A stretch of 64,000 nucleotides of DNA, taken from NCBI GenBank assembly GCA_963764165.1, contig CAVXRD010000002.1, positions 416,001-480,000 on the forward strand, written 5' to 3'. The DNA comes from an uncultured Verrucomicrobiae bacterium. Lineage in GTDB: Bacteria; Verrucomicrobiota; Verrucomicrobiia; Limisphaerales; Palsa-1400. Below the pieces are notes generated by a model that was not told the origin of the DNA, searched no databases, and saw only the letters and a list, made by a program, of their open reading frames with translations. Position numbers and translations under genes: made by a program. Each line of letters begins with the position of its first letter. Position 1 is the first letter of the stretch. Shown in pieces: positions 56,323 to 64,000 of the stretch.

Positions 56323-58103
56323 TTTTTCTGCATTCGTGCCAGCTCCCCTTTGAGGAATTTCCCGCCTTCTGCCGTAAGCATCGCCAGCCGCCGGTCATTG
56401 TCGTCGTGTTCCAACAGCGCCAGGTCTTTTAAAATCTGCACCGCCGAATAAAAGCGCGAGTTTTCCACGACAATGTCGTCGTAGCTCAACCCCCGCCACC
56501 GTATTACGCCTTGCTCGCTGTGAAAAAGCGCTCGGGTACCGTCCCAAACTTTTTCATAGGACAAAACCTCGTGCTGTTTTACAACGAAACGGCCAATAAT
56601 CAGCATCGCAATATCCCGCCAGCTTGCCTCCCAAAAATTCCCCAATGATTCCCGAAGTTCCCGCAGCACCACCGGAACTGTTATGTCCCTATAGGGATCG
56701 TGTGTGGCGCCAGCCAGCCAATTGCCGTACGGCCCCTGATTCCATCTTGTGTATCGAGAAACCGTCATCGTCAACAACACGAGGGCGCACGCAATTCCCT
56801 CCGGGGTGGCATACCCCAGATCACGCTGAATGAGTTGACCGGCCAAGTTGTTTTCAGAGAGCGGATGCGAGTAGTTGAAATGTCGGTCGAAATCATCCCC
56901 GGTAACCAGGTCTTCACCTGTGGATTTGAAACCCCCAATTTGGAACAACTGGCACGGGGTTATTTCAAGAAAATCGTCCTCGCATTTTTTGCGCAGCACC
57001 TCACCCATGAATTTCAGTACGCTTTTTGACTTCAAGGAATCTACTATTGTTTCCAGCCGTGTGCCGGCCATCCCCGCCTTTTGTGCGTAACCAACTACTC
57101 CCGCAAACAAACTCTCCAATGCCACCGACAGGAAATAATGGAAATAAAACATTCGCCAGCGGTTCGCGATGTTCTCCAATGGGCGGGATAATTCAAGATT
57201 CAGAACTTTGTTTCTGTCTTCATCGGTTGCCGTGGCGTTAAAATAAACTGCGTCTCTCAACACAAAATGATCCAGCCTGATGCCGTGCGGTGAAACTTTG
57301 TCTGTCAATTCGAGGAATAGTGTCAGGCTGTCATGTCGGAATTTATGGCTTTGTCCCGGACTATGGACCCGGTCAAAAAAAACCTCTCGCAGTAGGGTAC
57401 GATCAGGTGCGCTGGAATTCGTCACTTCGCACAGCCCTCCAAACTCGCCCCATTTTTTCAACTCGCTGGGCTTGCAGCCATCCGGTTCCTTCGTCAGTTT
57501 TACCACTACCGGCAGATGTCGGATCGCGCGTTGATAAGATGAAGCGACACGATTTCCAAGCTCGCTTAATTCAAGGTCGGTAATTTGCTGGTCGGAATCA
57601 TCATCCGTTTCAGCCTCGTCGTTAGCTCCATTTTCGTCCGGTGTTTCATTGAAAAATCCCAAGTGGACGAGGGAATTGTAATAGGCGCGCAACGCTGGGT
57701 TTTTTACAAAACTCAATTGCGAAAACTTCGGGGTTCTACCCGGGTTTGCCGCCAGCCATTGCATCGCCTTTTCAGAGCCAACCAACCTCCCGTCCTCGCA
57801 GGCATCGCCGTTGTGGTGCAACACACATCCGAGCGTCAGAGCCTTTTCCCGCAATCGGACGGCTTCAATCAAGTCAGTGTCCGCCCGGTTGGCCTTCTCT
57901 CGTTTTGAAAAATCCGACACACACCACGGAAGAAATGAAAAATACCTGGCTCGTGGTGTTATGGATGTGATGCAGTGCAGCAGTTCGGAAGAGAGACGCG
58001 CCGAAACACGAAGGGACAAACCCAACGGGTCCTGCGCCTGTGAAATCGGAACCATTTTGCTCCAGGCCAAAAGCACTTTGGAGTTGTCGTTTTTGGCAGG
58101 CAT
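56319..58103 (-). CDS. Hypothetical defence-associated protein (DUF6361/Azaca ZacA-like)
   Basis: N-terminal W....DPLG.......LL..ITSITPRARYFSFLPW and YYNSL..LG; lower GC; translationally coupled to the PLD-like fragment. Family call from recall. Confidence 0.55.
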   Translation of the reverse strand: MPAKNDNSKVLLAWSKMVPISQAQDPLGLSLRVSARLSSELLHCITSITPRARYFSFLPWCVSDFSKREKANRADTDLIEAVRLREKALTLGCVLHHNGDACEDGRLVGSEKAMQWLAANPGRTPKFSQLSFVKNPALRAYYNSLVHLGFFNETPDENGANDEAETDDDSDQQITDLELSELGNRVASSYQRAIRHLPVVVKLTKEPDGCKPSELKKWGEFGGLCEVTNSSAPDRTLLREVFFDRVHSPGQSHKFRHDSLTLFLELTDKVSPHGIRLDHFVLRDAVYFNATATDEDRNKVLNLELSRPLENIANRWRMFYFHYFLSVALESLFAGVVGYAQKAGMAGTRLETIVDSLKSKSVLKFMGEVLRKKCEDDFLEITPCQLFQIGGFKSTGEDLVTGDDFDRHFNYSHPLSENNLAGQLIQRDLGYATPEGIACALVLLTMTVSRYTRWNQGPYGNWLAGATHDPYRDITVPVVLRELRESLGNFWEASWRDIAMLIIGRFVVKQHEVLSYEKVWDGTRALFHSEQGVIRWRGLSYDDIVVENSRFYSAVQILKDLALLEHDDNDRRLAMLTAEGGKFLKGELARMQKK

Positions 58104-58193
58104 GTTCAGAATTTGAACCTATCTTCACTCGTCGCGATTTCATTATGTCTGCCCTTTGTCATGTCGCCTCGTGGGTTCCTGCTGAATTGTGGT

Positions 58194-59087
58194 TCATCTC
58201 CAAATGGGTGACGTATCCCATGTAGAGGGGAATCCAGCCAGATTCAGTGGAATATCAGGGTAATTTTTGAGCAACTCGCGTAATCGGTTGGCCCATTGGC
58301 TTTGTGGAGCTATTCGTAGCAGCAACCATTTAAGCAAAGTGAGAACCGCGAACGTCCGGCGGTTGTCTGGTGTCATGGGCACATGCCATTCCGGGAGGTT
58401 TTTTCGGTCGGGCACGAGTGGCCGGATGCCCAATTCTCGGTTCCAAAGCCGGGAATGATGGGCGCAGAGGTTGCGGATGTAGTTCAGGCAAAACAGCCAG
58501 TTTTGCAGCACGTTGGCCGGAAGTCCGATCTGGCCTGAAAGTTGTTTTTGTTCTGGCAGGTGCAAATAGCGGTAAAAAGTGAACAAAGTTCCGAAACTGG
58601 CCACTTCTGCCGCCATCCAGAGCGGCAGCCCCGGTTCGCTGGTGTACTTCGCGCGAAACTGATCCACAAACGGCTCCCGACTTCGACTCGTCGCTTGGTC
58701 AATCTCATCAACCATTCGTTGGTGGTCGAGGCCCGCAAATTCCGGGCGGAAATTCCTGGCATCTCGATACCCAAACGGCCCGTATTTCCGGGCGTGGTGT
58801 TCCACCATCAATGTCCGCAATACGGCCACTTCCACACGCTCAATGGCATCCATCACTAACAACCGCAATTGCCGGTCAAACGTGTAGCGACGCCACACCT
58901 TCTCCAAAGTCGTGCCTGGCGCGAAGGATTCATCCGGTCGCTTGAACGGGTGCCAATAGGCGCTCAGGCGGTAGTAGCTGACTCGGCTCAAAGTTTCAAT
59001 CAGCCGGGCGCGGTCTGCCTGAAAACCACGGTTGAGAAGTTGGTCCGCCTGCTGCTCGAAGGACAGCGCCGGTTTGGCATATTTCAC
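58194..59087 (-). CDS. Abi_2 (AbiD/AbiF) family HEPN ribonuclease
   Basis: GTG 59087 MKYAKPALSFEQQ; YYRLSAY, YTFDRQLR..IERVEV, P.WMAAE..SFG, HEPN motif RNLCAHHSRLWN. Confidence 0.9.
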   Translation of the reverse strand: MKYAKPALSFEQQADQLLNRGFQADRARLIETLSRVSYYRLSAYWHPFKRPDESFAPGTTLEKVWRRYTFDRQLRLLVMDAIERVEVAVLRTLMVEHHARKYGPFGYRDARNFRPEFAGLDHQRMVDEIDQATSRSREPFVDQFRAKYTSEPGLPLWMAAEVASFGTLFTFYRYLHLPEQKQLSGQIGLPANVLQNWLFCLNYIRNLCAHHSRLWNRELGIRPLVPDRKNLPEWHVPMTPDNRRTFAVLTLLKWLLLRIAPQSQWANRLRELLKNYPDIPLNLAGFPSTWDTSPIWR

Positions 59088-59113
59088 GCCAGCCTCCCCG
59101 ACGCAATCGCGGC

Positions 59114-59168
59114 AATAAAAAACCCGCCACATTTGAGCTTGGCTTGCGCCAGAGGCTTGGCAGGTATG
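59114..59168 (-). ncRNA. Putative abiF-motif RNA antitoxin (AbiFr-like)
   Basis: ACCUGCCA-AGCCUC-UGGC(GCAA)GCCA-AGCUCAAAUG-UGGCGGGU-UUUUUAUU between a sigma70-like promoter and the abi start codon. Confidence 0.7.
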
Positions 59169-59177
59169 CTGGAAATA

Positions 59178-59205
59178 ACAATACCCAACGTTGGGTATTC
59201 GTCAA
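59178..59205 (-). promoter_or_regulatory. Sigma70-like promoter with an overlapping perfect 20-bp palindrome
   Basis: TTGACG-N16-TATTGT; palindrome AATACCCAACGTTGGGTATT at 59180-59199. Confidence 0.6.
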
Positions 59206-59300
59206 CTCTCATTTTATCAGCATTTTTCATTCGACCAGAGGTAATGTGCCATCAATGGATGGGGAATGTCATCAAAGGAACCACAGGATGGCGATCTCCA

Positions 59301-59972
59301 TTATCGTCGGAGCATGATGCCCAACATCAGCCCGAACGAAACGAGCAGAGACGCAACCAAAAGATAGGCGAACCAGTCCCGCTTGGTCAGGCGCTGCTCC
59401 AACCGCTCCCGTTCTTTGTTCATTTTTTCCCGCGCCATATTGAAATCCTCCTTTGCCTGGTTCCACGATTCAGTTCCCTGATTGAGATCGTCCGAGATTT
59501 TTCGGGCGACAGCCTCAAGCTCCCGCGCTTTCGAGCATATTTGGGTGGCGATGCCGTGGATGACATCGTTGTAACCTGACACCGTCATGTCATATTGCTT
59601 TAATCTTCCGTCTATTGCTTCGATGGTGGTCTTGGACTGAGCCGCAATCTGTCGGCGGTGGTCGGCTTGGACGGCGTCCAACATTTTTTTGGAGTCGCTG
59701 GCAAGCCGACGCGCATCATCCAGTGCGCTGTTGAATTGCGCCGAAAAGCGGGCGCGGTGGCTGGCTTGGTCTTGCTGCCAATCTTTTTGAGAATCCCTCA
59801 GAATATGAGGCAACCGTCCGATGGCTCGCCATTGGACCTTGGTCAGCAAGGCCAGTTGGACTGGAAACGAGTTTTCATCGCCGCTGCACCATTCGGCCAG
59901 AATTTTTCGCAGGCGCTTCGCCTCTGCCGGATTGACGCCGTCACACAACAAATCAAAGTCGGTGTCGATCAT
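59301..59972 (-). CDS. Coiled-coil protein with C-terminal TM helix (TraM/MobE/StbC position)
   Basis: Heptad-rich body, terminal WFAYLLVASLLVSFGLMLGIMLRR; third gene of the operon. Confidence 0.65.
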   Translation of the reverse strand: MIDTDFDLLCDGVNPAEAKRLRKILAEWCSGDENSFPVQLALLTKVQWRAIGRLPHILRDSQKDWQQDQASHRARFSAQFNSALDDARRLASDSKKMLDAVQADHRRQIAAQSKTTIEAIDGRLKQYDMTVSGYNDVIHGIATQICSKARELEAVARKISDDLNQGTESWNQAKEDFNMAREKMNKERERLEQRLTKRDWFAYLLVASLLVSFGLMLGIMLRR

Positions 59973-59975
59973 AAA

Positions 59976-60794
59976 TTACTCTCCAAAATTAAGTTGTGGT
60001 TGCGGCCTCTCGGTTTTCCATTCCCGTTGAGGCGGCAATTTTGGTTCAGGCATGAGCGCCGTTGGCAAGAGCGACTCCGCAATCGAGTCGTATTGTTGAA
60101 ACATCCGTTGCATGGCCCACTGGATTTCCCCGGCCAGCAACCGTTCCAAGTGGCCTGCTTCGATGCGGGACAATTCGGCGAAGCTCAAACCGTGCTTCGC
60201 GTTGGCCTCGGCCTTTTCTGCGGCCAGCAACGTCGTCGGTGTCACGGTCGGCAGCGTGAGGGTCTTCGCCCCGAATTCTGCCAATTGCTGTTCCAGTGGC
60301 GAACCTTTGAACAAGTCGCCCCTCGCCTTGGCCGGATTATGGACGATGACATAATCCACCCGGTCGCCCGCATACAAGAACAGTCGTCCCGCGTTGGTCA
60401 TGCTCTCCGTGTCGTCGGTTGGAAACAGGAAGAAGGTCAATCGCACGTCCTGTTCGGCGCAGACATCGAGCACCTGCAATTCCTCCAATGCCGCCATGAT
60501 GAGCGCATCCGCCTGGGCGCGTGTGTCAATGACGTGAACCGGCGCGGCGTCTTTGAGCACCCGGCGAAAAAGACTGAGCAAGGCCGTCTTGCTCTCGTGC
60601 TCATTGCCAAGTTGATACGAACGGACGGCATCCTTGTGCCGACTGGCAAACGTGTGGTGCCGGTCGTCGAGGTCTGATCCGTTCCATTGAACGCCAAGCT
60701 GGTCGAGCCAGGCCGTGCGGAATTCCGCTTCAAAGCTTTTACCAAGGTTTCCTTTGGACTGTGGATTTAAGTGAATACGTCGTGTGATGTTCAT
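59976..60794 (-). CDS. ParA/MinD-like P-loop ATPase (TraL/MobD/StbB-like)
   Basis: Deviant Walker A SKGNLGKS, DLD, Walker B VIDT. Confidence 0.75.
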   Translation of the reverse strand: MNITRRIHLNPQSKGNLGKSFEAEFRTAWLDQLGVQWNGSDLDDRHHTFASRHKDAVRSYQLGNEHESKTALLSLFRRVLKDAAPVHVIDTRAQADALIMAALEELQVLDVCAEQDVRLTFFLFPTDDTESMTNAGRLFLYAGDRVDYVIVHNPAKARGDLFKGSPLEQQLAEFGAKTLTLPTVTPTTLLAAEKAEANAKHGLSFAELSRIEAGHLERLLAGEIQWAMQRMFQQYDSIAESLLPTALMPEPKLPPQREWKTERPQPQLNFGE

Positions 60795-61192
60795 AATTTA
60801 TTTGGATCGTTAAGGTTTAGACTTTCAGGACTCGGTTGGCGAAACGAACGTGCGGCCGGAATGGCCGCAAGAACCGGCTTGCGGTTTGATTCTGGCCGAC
60901 TGGCCGACTCATGTGGGAGGATGGGTGGCGCGGACAGCGTCTGGCCTTCGTCCTCCCAATGATGCCGCCCCTGCCGCTTCAAATATCTGCGGTAGAATTG
61001 ATGCAGACCTTGGAGCGTGATGCGGCAGCCTTCTTCAACTACGAGCCGTTCGGCGATTTCCCTCCACGTTTTGCGCTGCTGGCGCTGTTCGCGAATGATC
61101 GCCACGAATGGCTCGACGCGGCTGTGAAAGGCGCGTCCGCCGCCATTTCTGGCCGCCACTGCGTTCGTTTTCGTTTCCGATTCCATTGCCAT
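60791..61192 (-). CDS. Small HTH DNA-binding protein (TraK/MobC/StbA-like)
   Basis: ATG 61192; SRVEPF...IREQRQQRKTWREIAERL...ITLQGLHQFYRR; first gene of the operon. Confidence 0.65.
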   Translation of the reverse strand: MAMESETKTNAVAARNGGGRAFHSRVEPFVAIIREQRQQRKTWREIAERLVVEEGCRITLQGLHQFYRRYLKRQGRHHWEDEGQTLSAPPILPHESASRPESNRKPVLAAIPAARSFRQPSPESLNLNDPNKL

Positions 61193-61284
61193 AACTTTAA
61201 ACCCGCAATACTCGACTGCGTTAACGGGCAGCAGGCGAGTTAGCCCGATTTGTGGGAGAGTTAAGCCGATTAGGTTTTGCACCT

Positions 61285-61343
61285 GTTGAAAAGTGCTGAA
61301 AGGCGTTGAATCGCTGCGTTGAAATCCGTTGAGACGTGTTGAA
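61285..61343. repeat. Two sets of three G(T/C)TGA(A/G) direct repeats at 10-bp period
   Basis: Copies at 61285, 61295, 61305 and 61318, 61328, 61338. Confidence 0.75.
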
Positions 61344-61575
61344 TCTGTCAACGCCCTTCAAGGCCTTTCGACACGAGAATTCGTGCAGATCGGCGCATAG
61401 CCGCCAAACCTACGATTTGTTCGTAGGGGTAGGGCGTCCATCTTTTAATTCCACACGCATAGAGTGGAAACAAACGCAATTTTGCCTATGAAAGTGAGGC
61501 GAATGCTGCCGTGTGCCAATGTGTGAATGAGAAATGCGTCCCGGTTCCAGCAATTCAATATGTGACCGTTCCCAT

Positions 61576-61676
61576 GCACTGAACGCGTGACCCGAAGCCG
61601 GAGCGGAACGAAGCGAGCCGAGGGGTTATGGGGCGGCAGGCGAAGTGAAGCGTGGCTGAGGGCACGCGTTGAGTGC
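61576..61676. other. Putative single-strand initiation (ssi/pas-like) stem-loop
   Basis: Stem GCACTGAACGCGTGACCC / GGGCACGCGTTGAGTGC enclosing GAGCGGAACGAAGCGAGCCG. Confidence 0.5.
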
Positions 61677-62153
61677 GAAACCCGCATGGATGTTTCCGGT
61701 TGAGGCGCTTTGTCTGTCCGGTTTTCGGTGGCGGAAGGGGAAAAGCGGGCAGTCAAGGGGCCGGAAAACGCCGCGCCATCGTCTCGCCCACAACAACCAT
61801 CTGCATGATAAAAAAATCGGTCTGGTCCACGTTTGGAATCCTTCGGGCAACAATTTCAGACCGAGCCAGTTCGATATTCTGGTGAAATCGGGTTAATTGC
61901 GCGTCTCCATCCACCGTTTTGAACGTTCGGGCCATCCTGCGCCTGGCCCATAGGAAAACGGTCGTGGATCACCTCTGGCTAAATCGAAACGAGCGTCAAA
62001 TTGGTTTAATCTGTTTATTCGAAGCCTGCTCTCGTTATTATGGCGGTCGAATTCTGTAATGACAATGCTGTTCATCGAATTCAATTATGTGGAAACGGAT
62101 AGCTCAACGGCCTGGTTTAAGGCAGATCCCGGAGATCGGCGAAGGGGCCACCT

Positions 62154-62682
62154 ATTCCAAACGATGAAACCAGGAGGACCGATTATGCGCTTCGCATCCC
62201 GCATGGCCTAAGTTTGCTCCTCACGCATGAATTTGATTCGAAAGTGACCGGACTAGACGAATTCCCCCGGAGCGACTGGCCCAACGTGCGTGTCGTTCAC
62301 TGGTCGTTTGACCTCATGGTTGGCTGCGGAACGGCGCTGTTTCTGTTATCGGCGGCGGGAGGATTGCTCTGCTGGCGACACCGCCGGCTGCCTGATATGA
62401 AATGGTTTCTGTGGGCTCTGGTGATCTGTGGGCCTCTGGGCTTCGTCGCCATTGAGGCCGGCTGGGTGGTCACAGAGGTCGGAACGCCAGCCGTGGATCA
62501 TCTATGGCGTTATGCGGACGGAACAAGCCGTCACGCCCATGCATGGGATCGCGGCGCCCTTCGCAATGTTCACGGCGCTCTACATTTTCCTAGGCGTTGT
62601 CGTGGCCGTTCTCCTGCGCCGCCAGTTTCTGCAAACCTCCAATCCGCTTCCCGGCCCCTCTACGCCTTCAACCCATGCTTGA
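62154..62682 (+). pseudogene. cydA: Cytochrome bd oxidase subunit I, 3' fragment with frameshift
   Basis: IPHGLSLL...GLDEFP..DWP...FDLMVG...EAGWVVTEVG, then an extra base near 62483 before RQPWIIYGVMRT; 5' two-thirds absent. Confidence 0.85.
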
Positions 62683-62930
62683 GACCATCGTTGCCACTTT
62701 CATTCTACTTTCGCTGATCTTATATGCGCTCCTAGGCGGCGCAGACTTTGGCGGCGGCATTTGGTATTTGCTGGCAGCCGGCCCGCGGTCCAGACTGCAA
62801 AGGAAAGCCGTGGCCGATGCCATCGGACCAATTTGGGAGGCCAACCATGTATGGCTGATTCTCGTGATCGTTTTGCTGTTCACCGGCTTTCCGCGCGGAT
62901 TTGCGTCGTTGATGACCGCGCTGAACATCC
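62675..62930 (+). pseudogene. cydB: Cytochrome bd oxidase subunit II, interrupted by IS66
   Basis: LYALLGGADFGGG...IGPIWEANHVWLI...FP; similarity stops at 62930. Confidence 0.88.
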
Positions 62931-62989
62931 GTAAGCGTCACGCCGAGCGCCTCTGTAACAAGACAGCATTTTCGTCATAGCCTTTTGCT

Positions 62990-63400
62990 ATGACATCTAC
63001 ACAGAGCTCTGGTCAGATTCTTAAAACCGATTCATTGGCGCGCCTTCAGACGCCCCGACTGCGCAAAGAGCAGTTGCTGGATGAGTTTGAGCGCAGCGGG
63101 TTGAGTTGTCCTAAATTTGCTGGGCTGTCAGGGGTTAAGTATTCGACCTTCGCCGCCTGGGTGGCCAGGCGCAAGCGGAGTCGTTCCACGGAAGCCCCGC
63201 TGGCCAAGGGTCCCGAGGAAAAGGCCCAGGTGCAGTGGTTGGAGGCGATGGTCGATCAGGCCAGGGTCGCGACTTCCAAGGAGACATCCGTGCTGAAAGT
63301 CTATTTCGGCAAAGACGCTCGCGCCGAGATTGCCGATGCCCGGCAAGCCGAGCTGGCGGCGGCGCTGTTGCTGGCTCTTAACACACCATCGCGATGCTGA
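62990..63400 (+). CDS. tnpA: IS66 accessory protein TnpA
   Basis: LLDEFERSGLS..KFA...GVKYSTF..W HTH. Confidence 0.8.
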   Translation: MTSTQSSGQILKTDSLARLQTPRLRKEQLLDEFERSGLSCPKFAGLSGVKYSTFAAWVARRKRSRSTEAPLAKGPEEKAQVQWLEAMVDQARVATSKETSVLKVYFGKDARAEIADARQAELAAALLLALNTPSRC

Positions 63401-63750
63401 GTTTTTCCGGAAGCATCAAAGTGTTGCTGGCGATGGAGCCGTGCGATCTGCGCAAGAGTTTTAATGGCCTCCATGGTCTGGTCACCGAGCGGCTGGGCGA
63501 GGATCCCCGCCAAGGCGCGATCTTTGTGTTTACCAACCGCCGCCGAACCCGGCTCAAAATGCTCTGCTGGGATGGCACCGGACTTTGGCTTCTGACGAAG
63601 CGCCTCGAAAATGGCACTTTCTTCTGGCCGCAGACGGTGGATGCCGGGCAAAAGAAAATGTCGCTGACGCCGCAGGCTTTGGCGATGCTGACTGATGGCG
63701 TTGATTTGCGGGGCGGCACCTTGCGGCCGTGGTATGAGCGGCAGCCATAA
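63394..63750 (+). CDS. tnpB: IS66 accessory protein TnpB
   Basis: DLRKSFNGL, FVFTNRRRTRLK.L.WDGTG.WL..KRLE.G.F.WP. Confidence 0.93.
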   Translation: MLSFSGSIKVLLAMEPCDLRKSFNGLHGLVTERLGEDPRQGAIFVFTNRRRTRLKMLCWDGTGLWLLTKRLENGTFFWPQTVDAGQKKMSLTPQALAMLTDGVDLRGGTLRPWYERQP

Positions 63751-63817
63751 AAAAGTGAGGGATTTTCTTAATTATACTTGACTGTAGGGGCGTTTTCCGT
63801 TAAACCCTTGCTCTGTC

Positions 63818-64000
63818 GTGACGGAGCAGGAACTTCAACTGGCCCAACTGCTGGAAAAATGCCAGCAGGCCTTGACTGAATCGCTGCGGAGGGAGGAAGC
63901 CCTCCGGCGGGAAAACACCGTCCTTCGGCAAAAGGTGGATGCCTTGGTCCGCCGGGTGTTTGGCTCCAGCAGCGAGCAGATAAATCCGGCCCAGTTGCAG
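63818..64000 (+). CDS. tnpC: IS66 transposase TnpC, N-terminus (partial)
   Basis: Hand-translated from GTG 63818: MTEQELQLAQLL...LRQKVDALVRRVFGSSSEQ leucine zipper with the FG.SSE motif. Confidence 0.85.
   Translation, partial: MTEQELQLAQLLEKCQQALTESLRREEALRRENTVLRQKVDALVRRVFGSSSEQINPAQLQ

Larger units (their letters stand above)
62931..64000 (+). mobile_element. IS66-family element (left end; continues past the window)
   Basis: Begins GTAAGCG (IS66 GTAA terminus) exactly where cydB breaks; tnpA-tnpB-tnpC order. Confidence 0.9.

Noticed and set aside
61700..62150. Relaxase or other gene after the oriT candidate
   Set aside because: Only short ORFs without HUH motifs; origin of the segment not recognised.

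Overview
GC-rich bacterial window. Protein style (prepilin/H-X9-DG protein, Thr/Asn-rich secreted proteins with a shared C-terminal tail) suggests Verrucomicrobiota, Pedosphaera/Limisphaerales-like; this is inference. 1-18 kb: housekeeping genes (RlmD-type methyltransferase, dxs, xseB), an IS1182 inserted in a REP hairpin, a ligase-less LigD, cysteine dioxygenase, a beta-propeller protein, a repeat-rich intergenic zone with a MITE, and a DUF2760-Hsp70-Hsp70 operon. 18-52 kb: three very large secreted proteins (~1940, ~2340, ~4900 aa), a prepilin-like protein and a PA14 sensor kinase/NarL pair. 52-62 kb: a scrambled integrative/mobilisable island with VapBC, truncated HUH Rep, Xis-like gene, truncated tyrosine integrase, an Azaca-like defence remnant, AbiF with an upstream structured RNA, and a traKLM/stbABC-like operon. 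62-64 kb: broken cydAB and an IS66. Most striking observation: three copies of a tRNA(Thr)-3'-end-like att core with a conserved ~50-bp flank (37251, 52540, 55069). Two copies bracket the 14.7-kb giant gene as a single-gene, integrase-free cassette. The third is inverted and bounds a 2.5-kb TA/Rep/Xis segment with apparently swapped arm sites. No CRISPR array, rRNA or complete tRNA was seen.
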